From NCBI RefSeq assembly GCF_009834535.1, contig NC_045696.1, forward strand, positions 11,100,001 through 11,164,000: 64,000 bases of DNA, written 5' to 3'. This document shows positions 1 through 12,802 of the stretch, piece by piece. Below the pieces are notes generated by a model. It had not been told where the DNA came from and ran no database searches. It saw nothing but the letters and a program-made list of their open reading frames with translations. The position numbers and the translations under genes were made by a program. Numbering within the stretch: the stretch's first letter is position 1; every line of letters starts with the position of its first letter. The DNA comes from Camelus ferus (taxonomy: Eukaryota).

Positions 1-248
1 AAGGCTTCCAGCGATCGCTGTCCCCAGATTATGGGCAAATCATCTCCTGGAATGGAAGGGCCTGTGAGTATCACATGACATGCTTGGAGTTCCCTTTGTA
101 AGGTGTGGAATCACCTCGTTCCTTGGGAATGTATTAATTCACTGTCGCCTAAAAGTGACATTTCTGGGTTCTAAAAGCAAAGTGACTACTAACATAATTG
201 CTGCTTTTCTTAGAGAATTAGAATCTGTTTTAGATCAGGGTTAGAGGC

Positions 249-388
249 GGGAGGGTATAGGTTGGTGGTAGAGTGTGTGCCTAGCATGCATGAGGTCCTG
301 GGTTCAACCACCAGCACCTCCATTAAAAAGATCAATAAATAAACCCAATTACATCCCCTACAACAAAAATTAAAAACATAAAAAAGAA
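249..388 (+). mobile_element. tRNA-derived SINE (camelid vic-1-like), long form
   Basis: GGAGGGTATAG..GTGGTAGAG (A box), GGTTCAA (B box), A-rich tail, AAACCCAATTAC extension; degenerate TSD ending GTTAGAG. Confidence 0.85.
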
Positions 389-1594
389 GAACTGAGTTAG
401 AGTGCTTAATGGCATCAGATTTAGAAAAGGTGTGGGCCGCTTTCCAGAAACGGGTCACCAACATCCCCATGGGTTTGGATGGGGAGAGTGACAGGAGTCT
501 GGGTGAAGGCAGAACCATGACTCTGCTTAAAGGACGACAGCAACCAATTCTCCCTCCCAATTAGAGGGTGATGTGAGTGACTCATTCCTCCTTAATAACA
601 CATAGACACATGCGCACAGCAGCCAGGGCCTTCCAAAGACGGGCAGGGGGAGGATCTGCCTTGATGGGGATATGTTATCAATGATGTTACTTACAGCTGC
701 CAGAGCATGGCAATGGTCACGTGCAGACAGATATTTAGTCCCTTTTATTGTGTTCTTAAATTCTCAACAGACAGTGCACCCTACTATGGCCTACACCCAG
801 GGCAGAACACACCCCCTCACCCCCAACCAATGGTACATCACTGCCTTTCAGTCATTCACATCTTTAGCAAGAATTACTTTAACCTACCTCTTGGAAGAAG
901 AGCTACCAATTACTGAGCTCAACTCTATGCCAGGCCCTGTGCTAAGCATTCTACACACAGCACTGTATTTTCACAGTCTTGCAACGACTCTATGCAGAAG
1001 GTACTTTGTCTTCATTTTGCAATTGAGTTAGGGGGCCTCAGAAAGTTTCCCTCCCTTGCCAAAGGTCACACAGCAGCTACACAGGAGACAGAAATATGAA
1101 CCCAGAGCTGCCTAAATTCAAAGACTCACTGGAACCAAAATTCTCTGAGGGGATGAGATTCAGGAAGGAGGTGATGAACTTTAGGGAGGAGGTGAAATGG
1201 GAAAAGAAGGTTCTAGTAAGGATTCCTGGTAAAATATTCTCCAAAAGTAAACATATAAACGAGCCCTGTTTTGTAGCCTTTGCCGATCCCCCTGGTGTAA
1301 ATACTGCCATCGTGGCAGATTTTGCTGTACACGGGCAAGGCTAGGAAGAGATGGGTACAACTGGCTCCTGTGGTAACAGCTGGCTTCATGCACTCCTGGG
1401 TGCATCAGGGGAGCCTCTGGACAATCAGAGTGTTATTATGCAGGGGCTGGACCTGGGACCATGGAGAAGAGCTGCCAGAAATGAGAGGGGCTGCAGAAAA
1501 AGAGGAAGGTGTGGGGACCACCTCCTTCCTCCTCTATCTCACAGCAGCAACAGGAGCTGCCTCCCCAGCTGCAGTGCCTCTAGGTCACACGAGG

Positions 1595-1924
1595 TGCTCT
1601 GGTCTGAATGTTTGTGTCCCCCTAAAATGCATATGCTGAAATCCTAATGCCCATGTGGTACTGTTAGGAGGTGGGGCCCTCACGAATGGGATTAGTGCCC
1701 TTATAAAAGAGACCCCACAGAGATTCCTCCTCCCTCTGCCCAGCGAGGTTACAGGAAGCAGGACAGCTGTCTGTGAGGAAGCAGCCCCCTTGGCAGATAC
1801 CTAATCTGCTGGCACCTTGACCCTGGCCTTCTCAGCCTCCAGAACTGAGAGAAATACATTTCTGTTGATTACAAGCCACCTAATTAATGGCATTTTGTTA
1901 CAGTAGCTCAAATCGACTAAAATA
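1595..1924 (+). mobile_element. MaLR solo LTR (MLT1A-like)
   Basis: TGCTCTGGTCTGAATGTTTGTGTCCCC start; CAGCCTCCAGAACTGAGAGAAATA and TTTGTTACAGTAGC end motifs. Confidence 0.8.
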
Positions 1925-2929
1925 TAAAGGCTCTACCCCTCTCATCTGTACACACGGGGCAGCCAGAGGGGGTCCCAACCCCATCGAGGACCCACCCTGC
2001 AGAAATGCTGCCCTCGAGAGAGACTCCACCTCCTTCCCTGGCTGTCAGGACCCTGCGTCCTGCTCCAGCCTCTGCCTGGTGCTCCTTTTGCTCCCTCCAG
2101 CCCCCTGCACCCTCTGGTCACAGGCTTCTGTAAGGAGTGGTCTTCCTGTGCCCTGACCCCACCCCAGGAGTTCAACACCACTTGCCAGGAAAGTCTTGCC
2201 TGAAGGTCAAGTCCTCCTCTGAGCTTCTTGCACAGGACCAAGGGCACAGGGGTCTTATTCAGATGTTTTTTGGACAGTTATGATTTTTCTGGAGAAAGGT
2301 GATACTTGGCCTAGAATCTAAAGGTTGAGAAGCAACCAGCTATGTGAAGCTTTGAGTAAATGCTAACTGGATGAAAGGACATTGGAAACCACCCAAGACA
2401 GAACCACCATCCAGGAATCCTTTGCGAGATGCGAGTTCTCTTCAGAGCCAACACCTGGCCACCCCTGTGCATAGCAGGTGCTTAATAAGTGTTTGCTACG
2501 ATGAGATTAGCAAACAGACCTAACTGCCCGCCGTACAAACAAGGCTGTGTCCCAGCACTGGCTTATCTGGGGTTCTGCTAATTCACAAAGGCCTTTCACT
2601 TCTTCAAGAGGCTGGTCTTGCTTAATTTTTTATTGTGAACGGTTTCCAACACATAGAAAGCATGAGAGAATATCCCAATAAACAGGTGGAAGAGAAAAAG
2701 AAGGCAAAGCTAAGGCAGTCAAGGGCGTGGCCAAGGGCTGTGGCCAAAGGCAGGGCAGGGTGTGGTCACTTTTAAGAGTCAGCAGTGGAAGGATGCCACT
2801 AAGAACATGGGCATCTGGAAGTGATTTTCCTGAGTCTACTGAGGGGAGCAGGACTTAGTGAGAATTCCTAGAGGGGAGGGGAGGGAGTTAGGCTGCTCTG
2901 CAAAGTTTGGGCCAGCTTGTGGGAGTCTG

Positions 2930-3125
2930 AGATTGTGTGAACTTGCAAGTGTGTGTATGTGTGACTATGCGTGTGACTACGTGTGTGACAGTGCATCTGT
3001 GTGTAACAGTGTATACAGGTATGACAGTGTGCATGTTTGAGTGTCTGTGCATGTGCACTGATTGTGTGATAGGTGTATGAGGGTGTACGTCTGAATATGA
3101 GTGAGTCTGAGTGTGTCTGAATGCA
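2930..3125. repeat. Degenerate (TG)n-rich low-complexity tract
   Basis: GTGTGT/GTGTAT/GTGTGA iterations. Confidence 0.8.
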
Positions 3126-4227
3126 CAACATGGGAGCTGAGCCACCGCGTGGGTCTGAGGTATCTGGGCCCTAGCGAGGAAAGGGTTTGAGACAGAAGCC
3201 TGGATGTTTGCCTAAAGGATCCAGGGTTTTCTCCACAGCGGTGTGCCCGAGACCATTGCATGAGCGTGGCTGATGCCTCACCCACCGCGGGAACCCAGGC
3301 CACCCAGGGTCTCGGGAGATGCTGGGCTGCCGAAGCAGAAACCAACAGAGAACATAATGCAAAAAAACAAAAAACAACAACAACAAAAAAACAAAAACTG
3401 AGGACCATTACATTGGAGTGGCAGTGCAGAATTTTTAAAATATCATCCTTTATGTTTGGCTAAATGTTGTTGCTGTCTTCTCAATAAGTTTTTCAAGTAT
3501 TACTTGGAAACTGTGATTACCTACGGCTTGTCTCAGGCTGACCCTCCATGCCTGGAGGTGTGACCTACTCACTGAAGAGCAGCTATTTCTGGCCTGCAGT
3601 GGGTTAACTACAAAACCCATATGTGTTAGAAATGGCGAAAGTCAGTGAACAAAAGTGCAAGAATCAGACAGAAGAGGTTGCTCCCGCCAATTCCTCTTCC
3701 TCTTTCTTCCTCTTTCTTTCTCCTTGGGAAAGGACGCTGTTTCAGGAGCCCCCAACAAAGACAAAAGTGGGAAGGGGCTGGTCTGTAAAGATCTGGAACC
3801 GTGAGCTGGGCTGGGAGCTGTGCCACCGGCCCCCTTGGAGGAGCAAGTTGCCCTTCAGCTGGCGGGGACCCTCACAACACGCCTTCCTCAAAAGGAGGAC
3901 TGGGGTCCTCACATTGGGGACGAGCAGCTGCAGTCTCCTGCCACCCGGATGCCCCGACATCTTTGGCATCAGTACAACTGAGTTTTACATATTAGGGAGA
4001 ATTTTTAGAAATTCAGGGATTTGCAAGAACATACACAGGTAAGCGTGCACACACACAGAAAAACACACGAACTAAAAGGCCAAATGGGATGAGCCCCAAC
4101 ATTCCTATTAACAAGAGCTGCAAAGTTAAACGAATGCCAACTAGCAGAGAATTTTGGTCCAAGGTGTGAATGAAACGGGGCGCCCACACCACACCCTCCC
4201 CCGTTGTCCCCCTCGGAAGTTACTTAC

Positions 4228-4351
4228 TAGGTTGGCATTTAAAGGAGACCAGGAGGTATTTACTGCTTCCTGGACAAAGGTCAGGTCCAAAAACACGGCT
4301 ATTGACCAAGAGGTGGCAGGCCCGCTGGTTCTGGCATTCGTCCAGCACCTT
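4228..4351 (-). CDS. EVA1C: EVA1C coding exon 3 (SUEL/rhamnose-binding lectin domain 1, C-terminal part)
   Basis: 124 nt, ttttag|AAGGTG...CAACCTA|gtaagt; translates KVLDECQNQRACHLLVNSRVFGPDLCPGSSKYLLVSFKCQP; phase 0 matches the end of exon 2. Confidence 0.95.
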
Positions 4352-7180
4352 CTAAAATGAGGGGGTAGAAAAGGGACAGGCTTGAAAACCACACGCAGTG
4401 TCTGCGAGACCCCGCACCTGGGCTGCTCCGCGCCCTGAGGAGGGAGGGGCACCGGCCTGCCTGGCGGGGGGCTCACACAGAAAACCTCTGAGCGGGACGA
4501 GCTGCGTCTCAGACAGAAGCGCACACACGTGGCTGGTGGGGTTGGTGCCCCACCTCTCCCAAAGGGACACGTCTGCTCCAACAGCGCCAGGCTGTCAGAA
4601 AAGCAGCCTCCCGTGCGCCTCGCCTGGCACTCCTGCTGATGGTTCTGGCAAACTGATTTGGAGGCTGCTGGGGACGGAGGCAAGATCAGGGCACCGCAGA
4701 GTGTGGACTGGAAGCGATGTGGGGGTACCCCTGGGAGGGTACCCTGGCTGTAAAGCTGAGAGGGCGCTCTGGGGATGCGGACCTTCACTGCAGCTCCTCA
4801 GCCTTAGAGACAGCCCCACGCCGGCCGCAGGGACACTCAGCTTTCCGGGGACGCCTCGGAAGCCCAGACCCAAACCCAGGTCAACAAGTGAAAACTAAAA
4901 ATGCTGTTTCCCACCCTCGCCAACCTCAAGGGCGCGGCGCCCACTTGACTTAGAAGCTTTCCCTGCGTCTCCCCTGACCTTCTCCAGGCCGACCTCCCCT
5001 GCTCTGCGGAAGCGTGTGGAGCCTCAACGCGGGGTCGCAGACAGGCCCAGCGTCCCAGTGCTGCCCTCCCAGCTCCCAATCGGACCAGGCCCTGCCCGTG
5101 ACAAACACAGAGTTTCTTCACTTGGTTCTGGTAGAAAGGACATCAAAAACAGTACACATGTTCCCAAGAATCTACTGATGACTGTTGGACTGAATTTAGC
5201 ACAGAGTCACCAACCTGTCTGAGTCGCCAAGTTCTCACAGCAGCTCAGGGAATATCTCTGTAAAGGACGCTGGTCCTACCTGGACTCACGTGTCACCTCA
5301 AGGGCCCCACAGATGTGTATGAAACCAGGGTCAGTGTCCGGGGAAACCCTGAGCATCCCTAGATGACGGTGCACATCCTCGTGGCTGAGGGTGAGCCCTG
5401 GGATGGCTCCTTGGGTTACAACCACAGAATGGGACCCGAGGCAGGGCGGCTTCCAAACAGGATGACAGCTGAAAAATGCACACAGGCCACTTCCCGCGGC
5501 CGTTTAGTCACAGGCTAGATCAGGGGAGGTCCTCCTGTGCGATGTCAACCTGTTCTCGCCCACGTGACGCAACAGCTCTCTGAGGAGGCACCTTGCCTCA
5601 GCTCCCAAACGCGCTTAAAAGACACAAAGTAAAAGATCCTTTGATCTCTGGATGAAAGGGCAGCACACAGGGAGGTTTCTGGCAAACAAAGCCTCCGAAC
5701 AACATCAGAATTGTGTTCACAAACGCTGACTTGTCTGCCTGGTGACGGGAACATCCTCGTCCCGGGGGCTGCCTGGCAGAGGCAGGCGCCCTATTGAAGG
5801 ACGAGGTTGGTGCCCAGACTTTGGAACTGCAGGGTGCCAGGAGCTCGTACTTGCACAAAGTAGGTGGAAGTGTGAACTTCCGCCCTGGCGGCTCTTGCCA
5901 ACGTTCTTTTTATGCACCGAGGAGGGCAGCAGACAGCCTAGGCGCCAGGGACGGGTGGGCAGGACTGCTGGGGTGAGGAAGTGGGCATTTTGGGGATACA
6001 GGGAAGGATTGGGCACATAAGGAAAGTCACTGCTCGCCTCCAGAAGACATGTTGTCTCTCCTCAGGGTGTAGGAACCAGGGGATTCATTCAAGCACATCC
6101 CTTTTGGCTCCTCAGTTATCTTTACCAATCAGATGACTACCGAGATGCTACAGTGCTTGGAAGGGAAGCAAGACGTACTACACAAATAGAAAACTCCTTC
6201 CATTACCACATTACGTTTGCTTCTCCGCCGCGGGTCTCAGGGAGCGCTGCATAGCGTTAAAGCGAAGTCCATTTCTCCTCAGTCCTCCAAGGGGTTTACC
6301 TTCACCCACACTTCCCACAACTGACAATATCAAGCTGACATCCAGTTGCTACCTGCTCTAACCACCCTGACTTCAGCGGATTCATATGGAAATTTGTAGG
6401 CATTAAAAAAAATCGAAAGCCAAGTGACTCCGTAATCTGGGCCAATGACTTATCAATGTTGAGGGGCTGGGGACAGCAGAGTAGAGTTTGCTTGGATAAC
6501 TAAAAGCCACAGTAGTCTAACATCATCACTTTTGTATTAGTTTTGACCTCCTCATAGACAAAATATTTCCCTATCACCAACCAAAAAAAAGAATGAGTCA
6601 ACCCCCCACCTCTAATTCCTGGTACCATCCAGAAGGCAGAGACTGCCCAAAGTTTCCCAAATGAGATTACCTACAACTGGAGAAGCAAAGCATAAATAAA
6701 CAAAACAAAAAAACCCAAAAAAGATAATTATCGATGTTTGGCTTCCCTGAGTGCATTGTCTAAGAATTTGATGTGACCTCCGATGTCTGCCTTGTGGTTT
6801 CCACTAAAGCATCCGCAGCCTTGTCTCACTCCTGGGGTGCTGACGAGAGATACAGGCTTGGAGGCTGACGCCCCACATGGCTGTACTCTGCTTTCCTGCA
6901 GGGAGCACTATGGCTATGAAAAAATTCACCTGGCACGTGTATTAAGGGAGCTCTCCGATAAGTAGGAATTCTATTTAGACCTGTTTGGTAAGGAATCCTT
7001 TTGAGAAGCAAAGAATAGCTCACCTGCAAAATTGGTGATTCGTAGAAAGTGGGATTTTCATGGACTAGGTTTGCTTTGAGTGAACTATATAATCACAAAT
7101 ATATACACAGAGAGAGACAGAGACAGAGAGGGAGAGAGAAAATCATTTTGTCATCTTGAAACAGCTACAGAAGGCAATAC

Positions 7181-7377
7181 CTGCAGCGTGGTGGGCGCCA
7201 CACAGGTTAAGCTGTCTTCCCGCTGGGAGGCAGGCGGCTGTGTGCTACACGTTTGGTAATCTTGCCCATAAAATGCCGACTGGACACTTATCGTAGAATG
7301 CCGAGGGCACTGAAGCTTCAGGTGGTCCCCGTCGCAGGCATAGGCCGTGTGGTTTTGCAGGAGCTTGGTTAGGTAAC
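7181..7377 (-). CDS. EVA1C: EVA1C coding exon 2
   Basis: 197 nt, ttccag|GTTACC...CTGCAG|gtattg; (G)YLTKLLQNHTAYACDGDHLKLQCPRHSTISVQSAFYGQDYQTCSTQPPASQREDSLTCVAPTTLQ; phase 1 matches exon 1. Confidence 0.95.
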
Positions 7378-7909
7378 CTGGAAAATATTCAGCCGGGTTA
7401 CAAGAGGCCCGGGAACGCTCTGTTCCTTCAGGGGTTTCAGAGCAGGAGGACCTCGGCTCCCCCCGGGGAAGGGGCTGGTCAGTGAGGAAGGTGTGGATCG
7501 GAGCTTCCTCTGCTGCTCCCCGGAGAGGACACTAGGCAGGCCCGGAGCTGGGGCAGAGGGAGCAGGTGCCAGTTTTCACGTCTGGGCTGGAAACCTCAGT
7601 CTGGGATGGCCCGCTGCAAGGCTCCGAGAGATCTTTCCTTCCAGGAAGTGCCTAAGGGACTGGTCAGGGGCCAAGAAGTCCCAAATTGTCTCTATAAAGC
7701 AGGAAAAAATTGCGAGTGGGATGTCCCTGGGGCATGTGGATGCCTGTCCTGAGGGAGATGGAGTTCTCTCATCTCCTACTAGCTAGACTAGGCCTCCCTG
7801 GAGAAAGGGGGTGATATTTTATCTTAGGAAACCACTCCTGGCCCTGCCCTCAGTCCTGCAGGCACCTTGCACAGAATGAAAGGAGGGGAAGGGGTGGATG
7901 GCAGGGCTC

Positions 7910-8314
7910 TGTTATGGGTCGAACAGTGTCTCCCCCAAATTCACGTTCACTTGGAACCTCAGGGATGGGGTCATCGCAGATGTAATTAGCTAAGACGAAG
8001 TCACACTGGAGTAAGACAGGCCCTTAATCCTTGATGACAGGAGTCTTGATAAGAAGAGACGCAGAGGGAGACTGCCTCTTAAAGACCAGAGCGATGTCCC
8101 GACAAGCCAGGAACACCAAGGACTGCCAGGAGCCACCAAATGCTGGAAGAGGCAAGGAAAGATTCTTCCTTAGAACCTTCCGAGACAGCATGGCCCTGGT
8201 GACACCTTGATCTCTAACTTCTGGCCTCCAGAACCGTGAGAGAGGACATTACTGTTGTTTTCGGTCACCCGAGCTGGTGGGCATTTGTTCCAGCAGCCCC
8301 CGCAAACTCACACA
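7910..8314 (+). mobile_element. MaLR solo LTR (MLT1B/C-like)
   Basis: TGTTATGGGTCGAACAGTGTCTCCCCCAAATTCA start; GCTGGAAGAGGCAAGGAAAGATTCTT; CTTCTGGCCTCCAGAACCGTGAGAGA. Confidence 0.8.
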
Positions 8315-9924
8315 GGCCCCCGATCCCTGCAGCTCCAGCGGGCAGGGGGGAGCTGAGCGGGCCCTGAGTTCTGATGTGCTACGCAGATGGCCTGGCAGGC
8401 GCCGGTGGCCCGGACCTGTGGCTCAGAAAGGAGGAAGGAAGGTTCATCTGAAATGTAGATTCCTTTCCTCCTTCTCACACCTCACGAGGTCAAGTGCAAG
8501 GCGGCTGGGAGGGGAGCCAGGGACTTTCTGGTGAGGTGTGTGGGAGACGGGCTTGGCAGCCCTCGGCCTCCGAGCGGGAGGAGTGGGTGTGGAGGAAGGC
8601 CGTGTCACGGCTCCCCAGTTCCCACACAGATGGGCTGTGCTCGAGCTATTCCTGCTTAGGTTTCAAAATCCTCTGGACAGCAATGCTCCGCCAAAGGCAC
8701 CCCGTCCAGCTCCCTGGGCGTCCCTGACGGTCAGAGAAAAGGCACTGAGATGCTTTGCTGTAGGTGGGCAGCCGTGCCCATCCACACTTGCCCATCTGAA
8801 GATGGAGACTGGGCACCCGCCCAGCACACTTCATCCAGACCTTAGGTCTCTCGCTGCAACTTGTTTTTTTTTTTTTTTCTTGCCCTTAAAAACCATCATA
8901 AGAATGGCCAAGAAATCAGCTACCCTGATTTAACTTCACTTCGAGAAGCAGAATCTAACTGGAGCAGCAAAACTGCCCTCAGGCAGCAGGCAAGTGAGTC
9001 AGGGTCCTGCTTGTTGGAATGTCGTCATTCATACGGTGAACCCCACCAAGCACTGAGAAAGGTCAGGCAGAGACCCTCTGGGGGCCCAGGTCAGCATCCT
9101 CCTGCAGGACACACAGGTAGGTCCTGATAAAGCCACTATTTGTGAGAGTTGCAGCCTCCTCTGTGGGATTTCAGCATCCTGTTATGAGCCAAACCAGGGA
9201 ACTCAGGGTGGCCCTGATGCTGCCCCCCAGCCGGTACCCATGTGGAAACTCCTCTGGCTGGTACCCCCTTTCTTGAGTCTTTTCATCTTTGTCATTAAAA
9301 CTTTCTTGTCCATCACCCCATCACTCACCAGGACCATAAAGGATGATCAGCTGACTGAGATGTTAAATTAATTATAGGACCGTGACTTCAGCTTCATGTT
9401 TATGGTTCGTCCACAAGACCATGTGTTACTCTGGCTAAATGAAGGTAATGATAAGGCCCTGGGGCTGGTAGAGCCACAAGATGGAAGGGGGCTGGGTCCC
9501 GGATTCATGGAGGGAATTGCTGCCTGTTCCACAGACTATTACAAGAATGAGAAACTTCCTCTGTGTTCGGGCCATCACCTTTCTTTCCTCCATCTGTCAT
9601 GTGGTCTGTCCTCCATCCCCAGTAAACGAACTTGAGCTCTGTGGGACCATTTACATCAGAACACAAGACGAGTACAGTGCAGTGGCCCGAGCCCTGCTGT
9701 GTACCATATTCGTCTTGTGAGAGTGATCTTTGGGAGGCAGAAACTCACTGCACAGAATTGACAGACTCGAGGTCTTTCGAGCCCTTCTGTACTTTGAGGC
9801 GAGAGCGGGGAGCCTCCCTCCCAGGATACCAGCCTTAACACTGCACAAGGACAAAGAAGGTACTGTAGCAGTAAAACCTGCTCCAGACTCAGTCCACTTC
9901 TTTCTTTGAAAACCTATGCCTAGA

Positions 9925-10410
9925 TCCAACAACGGAATATTATTCAGCACTAAAACGAAGTGAGCTATGAAGCCGCAGCAGACATAGAAAACATGTAAAC
10001 ACATAGTATTACTAAGTGAAAGAAGCCAGCATGAAAAGCTTCCATACTGCATGATCCCAACTATATGATGTTCTGGAAAAGGCAAAACCATGGAGACATG
10101 GTAAAAACATTCGTGGTTGCCTGGAGGTTTGGGGGAGAGAGGGACGAAGAGGTGGAGCACAGAGGAACTATGTGATACTCCAGTGGGGGATGCGTGTCAT
10201 TACGCATTTGTCAACACCCGTAGAATGTACCAGACAAAGGACGAATCCCAGTGGAAACTATGGACTCTGTGAGAATCAGGCAGTCAAAGCAGGTTCACTG
10301 TGGTGTTGACAGTGGGGGAGGCTGTGCATGTGTGGGGACAGGGGTATACGGGAAATTTCTGAACTTTCTCTCAATTTTGCAAAGAAAGTCTATTTAAAAA
10401 AGAAAAAGTT
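9925..10410 (+). mobile_element. Old L1 (L1MC-like) 3' fragment
   Basis: CTAAGTGAAAGAAGCCAG, TTCTGGAAAAGGCAAAAC, GGGTATACGGGAAATTTCTG motifs. Confidence 0.7.
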
Positions 10411-10645
10411 TAAAGACCACCCATGCCTTCCCAGGATAGCACTACTTTGGGGAGGACAGGGGTTAGTGACAGGGGAGGGGTTTGAGGGGGAGTTCACGCG
10501 GACTGGCAAAGTTCTGCTTCTTAACCTGAAGGGTGGATACATGTTTTATTTTGTGAAAGTTCACCCAGCTACACACTTAGGATCTATGCACTTTGGTGTT
10601 GGTAGATACTTTAAAATGTTTGTTTAAAAAAACCTTTACCTGTAG

Positions 10646-10837
10646 GGGGCGGGAAGGGATAAATTGGGGATTTGAAATTTGCACCTCTTGGGGAGTGATG
10701 GGAATGTGAGCTATCTTGATTCTGGTGGTGGTTTCATGGGTGCACACATCTATCAAAAGTCATCAAATCGTACATATGAAATATGCATAGTTTACTGTAC
10801 CAGGATTACACCACAACAAAAGTGTTTTTAAAAAACC
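10646..10837 (+). mobile_element. Short retro-insertion: young-L1 3'UTR piece fused to an L1M-like 3' end
   Basis: Flanked by AACCTTTACCTGTAG (10631-10645) and AACCTTTATCTGCAG (10838-10852). Confidence 0.6.
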
Positions 10838-11236
10838 AACCTTTATCTGCAGTTATGTGACCAAAACTTTATACTAATTAAGAAAGTCTAGACACTATGG
10901 AGTCTGTGGCTGATTTATGGGGGAAGGGGAGTCACGGATCACTCTCTTCTGCAGCCGACCCCATCCACACTAGACCCTTCTCTACATTGACAGCAGGAAA
11001 CGCTCATGAGGATGGGCTCTGTCAGCCCTCACAGGTGCCTTCCTGTACCCCATTCTGATCGGTCGCAAGCTGCTAAGAGGTCAGGAAGGACAATCAGAAC
11101 TTCCCGCTGCTTTCAGCACCACGGAGACCATCAAGGACCATTTAGAGAGGCATTTGGGGCGGTGAGCAGGAAACAGAAGCTTCTTTAGAAAAGGTTGAAA
11201 AATGAGTGGAAGTTAAGGAAATTGAAGATGGTTCAC

Positions 11237-11692
11237 GTGACAGACAGAATAATGCTCCACTCCTAAAATGTCCACAGGTACCAAGCCGCAGAACCTGTGA
11301 ATATGTAGCTTTACATTGTAAATGGGACTTTGCAGTTATGATTAATATCTTGAGATGGCGAGATGATCCTGGATGATCTGGGAGGGACAAACATAAAGAC
11401 AAAGGTCCTTATAAGAGGGAGGCGAGAAGGTCAAAGTCAGAAAAAGGAGATGTGGCAACAGAACCAGAGGCTGGCATGGTGCAGCCATGAGCCAAAAACG
11501 TAGCTGGTTTCTAGAAACTGGAAAAGGCAAGGAAACAGACTGTGCCCTGAAGCCTCCAGAAGGAATGCAGCCCTGCCAACACCTTGATTTTAGACTTCTG
11601 ACCTCCAGAACTGTACGAGAATAAGCCTGTGCTGTTTCAAGCCACTAAGTGTGGGGTAATTTGTTACAGCAGCCGTAAGAAACCAGCAGTTT
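11237..11692 (+). mobile_element. MaLR solo LTR (MLT1D-like)
   Basis: CAGAATAATGCTCC, GGGACTTTGCAG, AGCCTCCAGAAGGAATGCAGCCCTGCCAACACCTTGATTTTAG, TTTGTTACAGCAGC. Confidence 0.85.
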
Positions 11693-12433
11693 ACACAGAT
11701 GGCCCTTGCAACCACTTGGTGAAGATGAGGAGAGAAATAAGGATATGGTCATAAGAACTGATGCCCAGGGAGAGACTTTTAAATAATTATGACTGGGTTG
11801 GGTTTGGGAAAGGTCTATGCATGTATGTATGTGTGTGTGTGTATAAATACATACGCAAATGTCCTGGGTCATATGTACATTGTATTTCTTCCTGTGAGTT
11901 AAGGTCAAACAAAATTGAAAGTAGGTATTAGCAAGAAACAGCTTGATTTGATGGACTGTGGGCTCCAAGCTAAACAAAGAGAAGGAAACGAGCACGGACA
12001 GGCCCGGGGGAACAGAGGTCCTGCTGAGGTCCAGAGGTCAGAGCGGGGCCAGTCACACCAGCCAGCTGGAGAGAACTCTGCAGACCCAGAGCTTGTGCCC
12101 AAAAGCTGTCTGAAAAGATTTCAAAGTGGAGCAGTTGCAGGTGATGAATGTCCGTGGACGTGGCCATGGAAGACGGTATACGAGGTGGGTGGAGGAGGTT
12201 ATTGGAAGTGAGATGCCAGGAGCTGGAAAGATGCGCTCTGGATCCTGCATCTCCCAGGATGCAGGTAGGAGCTGGAGGAAGCAAAAGCCTGCTGCCAAGG
12301 TTAATCTTGAACAAGGGGCAGATGACACATGACCTGCTCCCAGTCTAAAGCCCCTTCCAGTGTGCTGTCCGGCTTCCCCAATGAACACATGCCCTCTTTC
12401 CAATGTGTTGGGTAGAGTCAACACATTACTTGG

Positions 12434-12802
12434 TGTCTTAGTCCATACTGACTGCTGTGACAAAACAGCACGGAGAGGGTGGCTGACAAAAAACAGAAAG
12501 CCATTTCTCACAGGTCTGGGGGCTGGAAGTCTAAGGTCAAGGCACCAGCATGGCCACATTGTGGTGGGAACCCTCTTCCTGGTTCAGTGCTGGCCCCTTC
12601 TCACTGCATCCTCACATGGTAGAAGGGACAGAGGAACTCTGTAGGGTCCCTTTTGTAAGAGATTAATGGGATTCATGAATCTCATTCATGAAGGCTCCAC
12701 CCTCATGACTTGAGCATCTCCCAAAGGCCCCACCTCTTAGTTAGAGTTTTAATACATAAATTTGGGGGAAAGGGGGTAGACACAAACACTCGGGCCGGAA
12801 CA
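12434..12802 (-). mobile_element. MaLR solo LTR (MLT1A-like), reverse orientation
   Basis: TGTCTTAGTCCAT...ATTTCTCACAGGTCTGGGGGCTGGAAGTCTAAGGTCAAGG...CACAAACACTC. Confidence 0.8.

Noticed and set aside
2721..2770. Short degenerate tandem AAGGGC(G/TG)TGGCC units
   Set aside because: Only 3-4 imperfect units with no spacers. Not a CRISPR-like array, and no supportable function.
1..4227. Search for EVA1C exon 4
   Set aside because: No matching coding segment with splice sites found; presumably left of the window.
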